This document shows, one piece after another, positions 21,697 through 25,000 of a DNA stretch of 25,000 nt. The stretch's first letter is position 1. Each line of letters starts with the position of its first letter. Source of the DNA: Takakia lepidozioides (Eukaryota > Plantae > Bryophyta); the NCBI GenBank assembly GCA_030704615.1, contig JAKLZA010000159.1, positions 1-25,000 on the forward strand, written 5' to 3'. Below the pieces are notes generated by a model. It was not told the DNA's origin. It saw only the letters and a list, made by a program, of their open reading frames with translations, and searched no databases. Position numbers and translations under genes: made by a program.

Positions 21697-24600
21697 ATGA
21701 ATCCAGGTGCATTGGTGGGGGCTACAACCATGGCAGCAGGGAGGCCCGCGACGTCTCGGAGGGCCCTCGGTGACATTGGCAACCTGGCTGGGGCCATGAC
21801 TCTGCGTTGCCGTGTTAGCAAGGACGGTCTACCCAAGTGAGTCTTTGCTCTTCTCTCTTTTTGTATAAATCCCTCGGGATAGGAGGCAAAGCTGGCCATT
21901 TTTCTGCACTGCTGTTAATGCAGTGCTGTTGACTTCAGATTTAGCTGGCCACTACTTGTGACCCCATGTTTAGGACTAGCTGAAGTGAAGATTAAGCTTG
22001 AAAATGGACATTCTTGGCCTCGGCAGTCTATGGTAAAATCTACGTCTGAGATTATATACTCCGCTGATAGGGTTGTCTGCCACTAGGGAAACAACCATCC
22101 CAAAAATGTGGTGTTGAGCAACTTCAGTTAGTGCCTCGTGTAACTTTGATGAATTTGATTATCAGTTGATAGATGGCTGTCTATGTCATGACTTTTGGAC
22201 TATAGGATCCACAAGAACCTGCCAGCTGTCAAGCAGGTGACTGGGGCCGATTGTCCCATCACATGGTATGGCAATTTCTGAGGCATTTCCTTGAGTTCCA
22301 TGGTAGACAGCTACCTTGCATCAAATTTTAATCCGTGCATGCATATCTTGACTCACAGTTGAGAGCAAACATAAATGTTCAGTTTGAACATGTTTGGCAC
22401 TGTGGATGTGTGATTCCCTTACATCTGATCTTTGCAGGAGATATGGAGCCAATCTAACAAGCAAAAACGTAGCATCCAAGCCCATCAGACTGGTATGCAC
22501 ATATCTTCTTGGCTAGTTGCTTGGCTTCTGTGATGATTATCTCTCTAGTTTGCACCACTGCAGCAGGTTCTAGATCCCTCCTTCACTGTGTCTCTAATTC
22601 GATGCAGGGGGACTGGAATTGAAAACTACTATGCTTTGTATGGTTTGCTTTACCTTTGATTCCTCCCATCGTCACACAATTGTACACCTGCTTTACTAGC
22701 TTAATCTTACAAACAGGATGTGGTGGGCTGTTAGGGAGCTATGACTGTCCTGTATGCTAAAAGGGGCTTACGTCCATGTCTATCAAGGGCTTCTGTAATG
22801 GCAAAGCAAATCACTTGTGAATATGCTCTCTCTCTGTACCTCAACAAGCTTTCCTGTGTCCTCAATTGGTTATTTGTGATGAATGCAGCCACCACCACCC
22901 AGCAATAAAGTGGGGGTAGACCTTCAAGTTTGAAGTCATTGAGGCAGTTACCACATGGGGCAGCAAACAACGGCGAACCACAGGATCCAGTAAGGTGCAG
23001 TCTGGCCCAAGCACTGCACCAAAGCTGGCCGAGATCCCTGTGCCAGCTGCGCATCACCTGGCAGCACCTGTTCCGCTTCCCAAAATCCAGATGAATTCCG
23101 TCACACGCCAGAGTGGGTTGAATGAGCCAGAACTGCAAATTGTAAAATCCTCAACCCCTGGTGTGCTGAAGCACAATCACCGTCCGCGTGTCGTGGCTGT
23201 GAAAGAGAGAGAGGAAACTTTTACAGCCCAGTTGACAGCCCATAGCCAGGTATGTCCAGAAACTACTACCGACTATATCATCAGCCCCTCAATTGTGTCG
23301 CAATACATTGCTCTTGTGATAGGTTGGATGCCTCGACATTCAGATTTCTTCTGTTGTACGGAACTGCAACTATTTTGCCTTATACAAGCTGCACCAGAAC
23401 AGACAGTTCAATGGTAGCCACTCTCAAGGTGGTCCTACCCTCAAAATCCTTGCCTGTGCTAGTCTAACTAGCTGCGGGTTGGAATATTCAGGACAATCTC
23501 AAATATCTGGTGGGGAGGACTCTTCATTTTACAAAGTCAGTCCATAACGTCTATCTTCTATTCTATCCAATCAATCATGAAGTTCCCAGTGTGTGGGCAG
23601 GCGATAAGCGGGAAATTAGATTTTGTCAACATTGATCAAACTGATATCAACAACCAACTGGCTGTAGTGGACTATGTGGAGGACATATACGGCTTTTACC
23701 GCAGGATTGAGGTCAGTCATTTCTTGCCTCTGTGTGTTGCTGTGACTGTAGCCTGATCTGGAATAAGCGTATTGTGTATTCTTAATCAGGAACTGGTCTC
23801 TATAGCTCAGTAGTGAGGAGCAAGATGGGATGTCAGATGATGGCTACATGGATCAGTCTTGTCGAGTCCGATAGTTGCAAGTGAGTCAGTTTTCAAATAC
23901 TGCTTGTAGGATGATGTGTTGCTGCATTTGATGTGAATAAATGATGGATGAGTCATGGTCGACACTAAAACGGTGAATTCTTGAGTCTTAATGTTGTTGA
24001 TGTGGCACATTTGGTCAGATTGCTGGAAACTCTAGCTCATTCTGCTTGAGGGGTGTTTCCCCTCTTGTTTGTCTGGGTTAATGTTGAAGGTATGCACTTT
24101 GCCAGGATGAGTTTGAACTCAGTTTGACTTGTGTTCTGTGAGCAGATGAAAAACTGTGTGGTGCCCGACTACATGATGAAGCAGGAGGATGTCAATCACC
24201 AAATGCGTTCTATTCTCATGGACTGGCTAATTGAAGTATGCTCATCCTTCCCCATGTCTCGTTGTTTCATGAAACCAGCCATAACTTTCTCAAAATTCCG
24301 TCCTGTTCCACTTCCATAAGGTGTCATATGTGTAAACAACTTGAGTAGCGCTGGGGGTACCATCCATCAGGACATGCCCAGTTTCTTTCTATAGTTGTGG
24401 GGTGACTCATGTCTCTCCCTTTCCACTGTTTGTGACTAGTTTTTTGGAGGGGGTATATATCCAAATGTGTCTGAACGTCTGTCCTAGCATTGTTATTGTA
24501 GTTGTCACATCCATTGTGAGTACAGCAAGCAAAGCTGAAAGAAAGGATGAAATTACATGATGTCCACAGAGGGCCCTCAGGGTTCATGAAACAAAATAGA

Positions 24601-24942
24601 AGAATAATGAAAATCCCCATCAAGGTACACAATTCTGTGCTGAAGTCAGCAGTTCAAAGATACAATTGTTTAGGTCAGCGACTCTCACAACCACGCAGAA
24701 TGTGCATCCTCAGTAGGGGTCCCATGACATGAATGAGTGGCCACTATATCAAAGTCTATGAATATTGTGTGTGACTGCAGGTGCATTTGAAATTCAAACT
24801 CATGCCAGAGACTCTATTTCTGACAGCAAATCTAATGGATCGGTATCTTTGCTGCCAACAAGTATCAAGAAAGGTTCTGCAGCTGGTTGGCGTGACCGCT
24901 ATGCTCATTGCTGCAAAGTATGAAGAGATTTGGGCCCCAGAG
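21697..24942 (+). CDS. CYCB: B-type (G2/mitotic) cyclin, 5' part; continues past the window end
   Basis: Exons: 21697 (or 21707/21730)-21836, 22206-22265, 22438-22492, 22920 (or 22889)-23249, 23601-23711, 24146-24235, 24781-24942. D-box RRALGDIGN at 21757-21783. NIDQTDINNQLAVVDYVEDIY. Cyclin box [34 protein letters not shown]...LQLVGVTAMLIAAKYEEIWAPE. The start codon and the acceptor of the exon ending at 23249 are uncertain. Confidence 0.9.
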
Positions 24943-25000
24943 GTACCATTACCTCGTACAGCCTTTGAACCTAGTTGAATCAAAGTAAGGGAAGACACAG

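Noticed and set aside
22252-22265. U-to-C RNA editing restoring Arg codons in the cyclin
   Set aside because: Such editing is known only in plant organelles, and the third change (CAT) would need A-to-G. Genomic CpG decay explains all three.

Overview
Eukaryotic nuclear DNA from a land plant, probably bryophyte-grade (inferred from gene content, intron style and TE type). It is not prokaryotic, so most ORFs in the supplied track are exon fragments or shadow ORFs. Three spliced genes can be rebuilt by hand. (1) A complete 12-exon minus-strand dual methyltransferase (7443-1033, 564 aa) with an N-terminal METTL2/6/Trm140-type tRNA m3C domain and a C-terminal METTL21/family-16 domain. (2) A divergent 3-exon PSB33/LIL8/TEF5 chloroplast Rieske-like protein with an LHC motif (10311-12573, 305 aa). 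(3) The 5' part of a B-type cyclin (about 21697 to beyond the window end) with MSA-like promoter cores and several N-terminal anomalies. Between PSB33 and the cyclin is an AT-rich block of about 5.6 kb (13.9-19.5 kb). It holds a decayed Helentron/Helitron2-like RepHel (HUH Rep plus Pif1 helicase remnants), two long decayed ORFs of unknown function, a perfect hairpin and a CACTA-like end. Smaller items are a 40-bp minisatellite, an inverted pair of LINE-like fragments, a tRNA-Ile-like relic and an orphan decayed exon.
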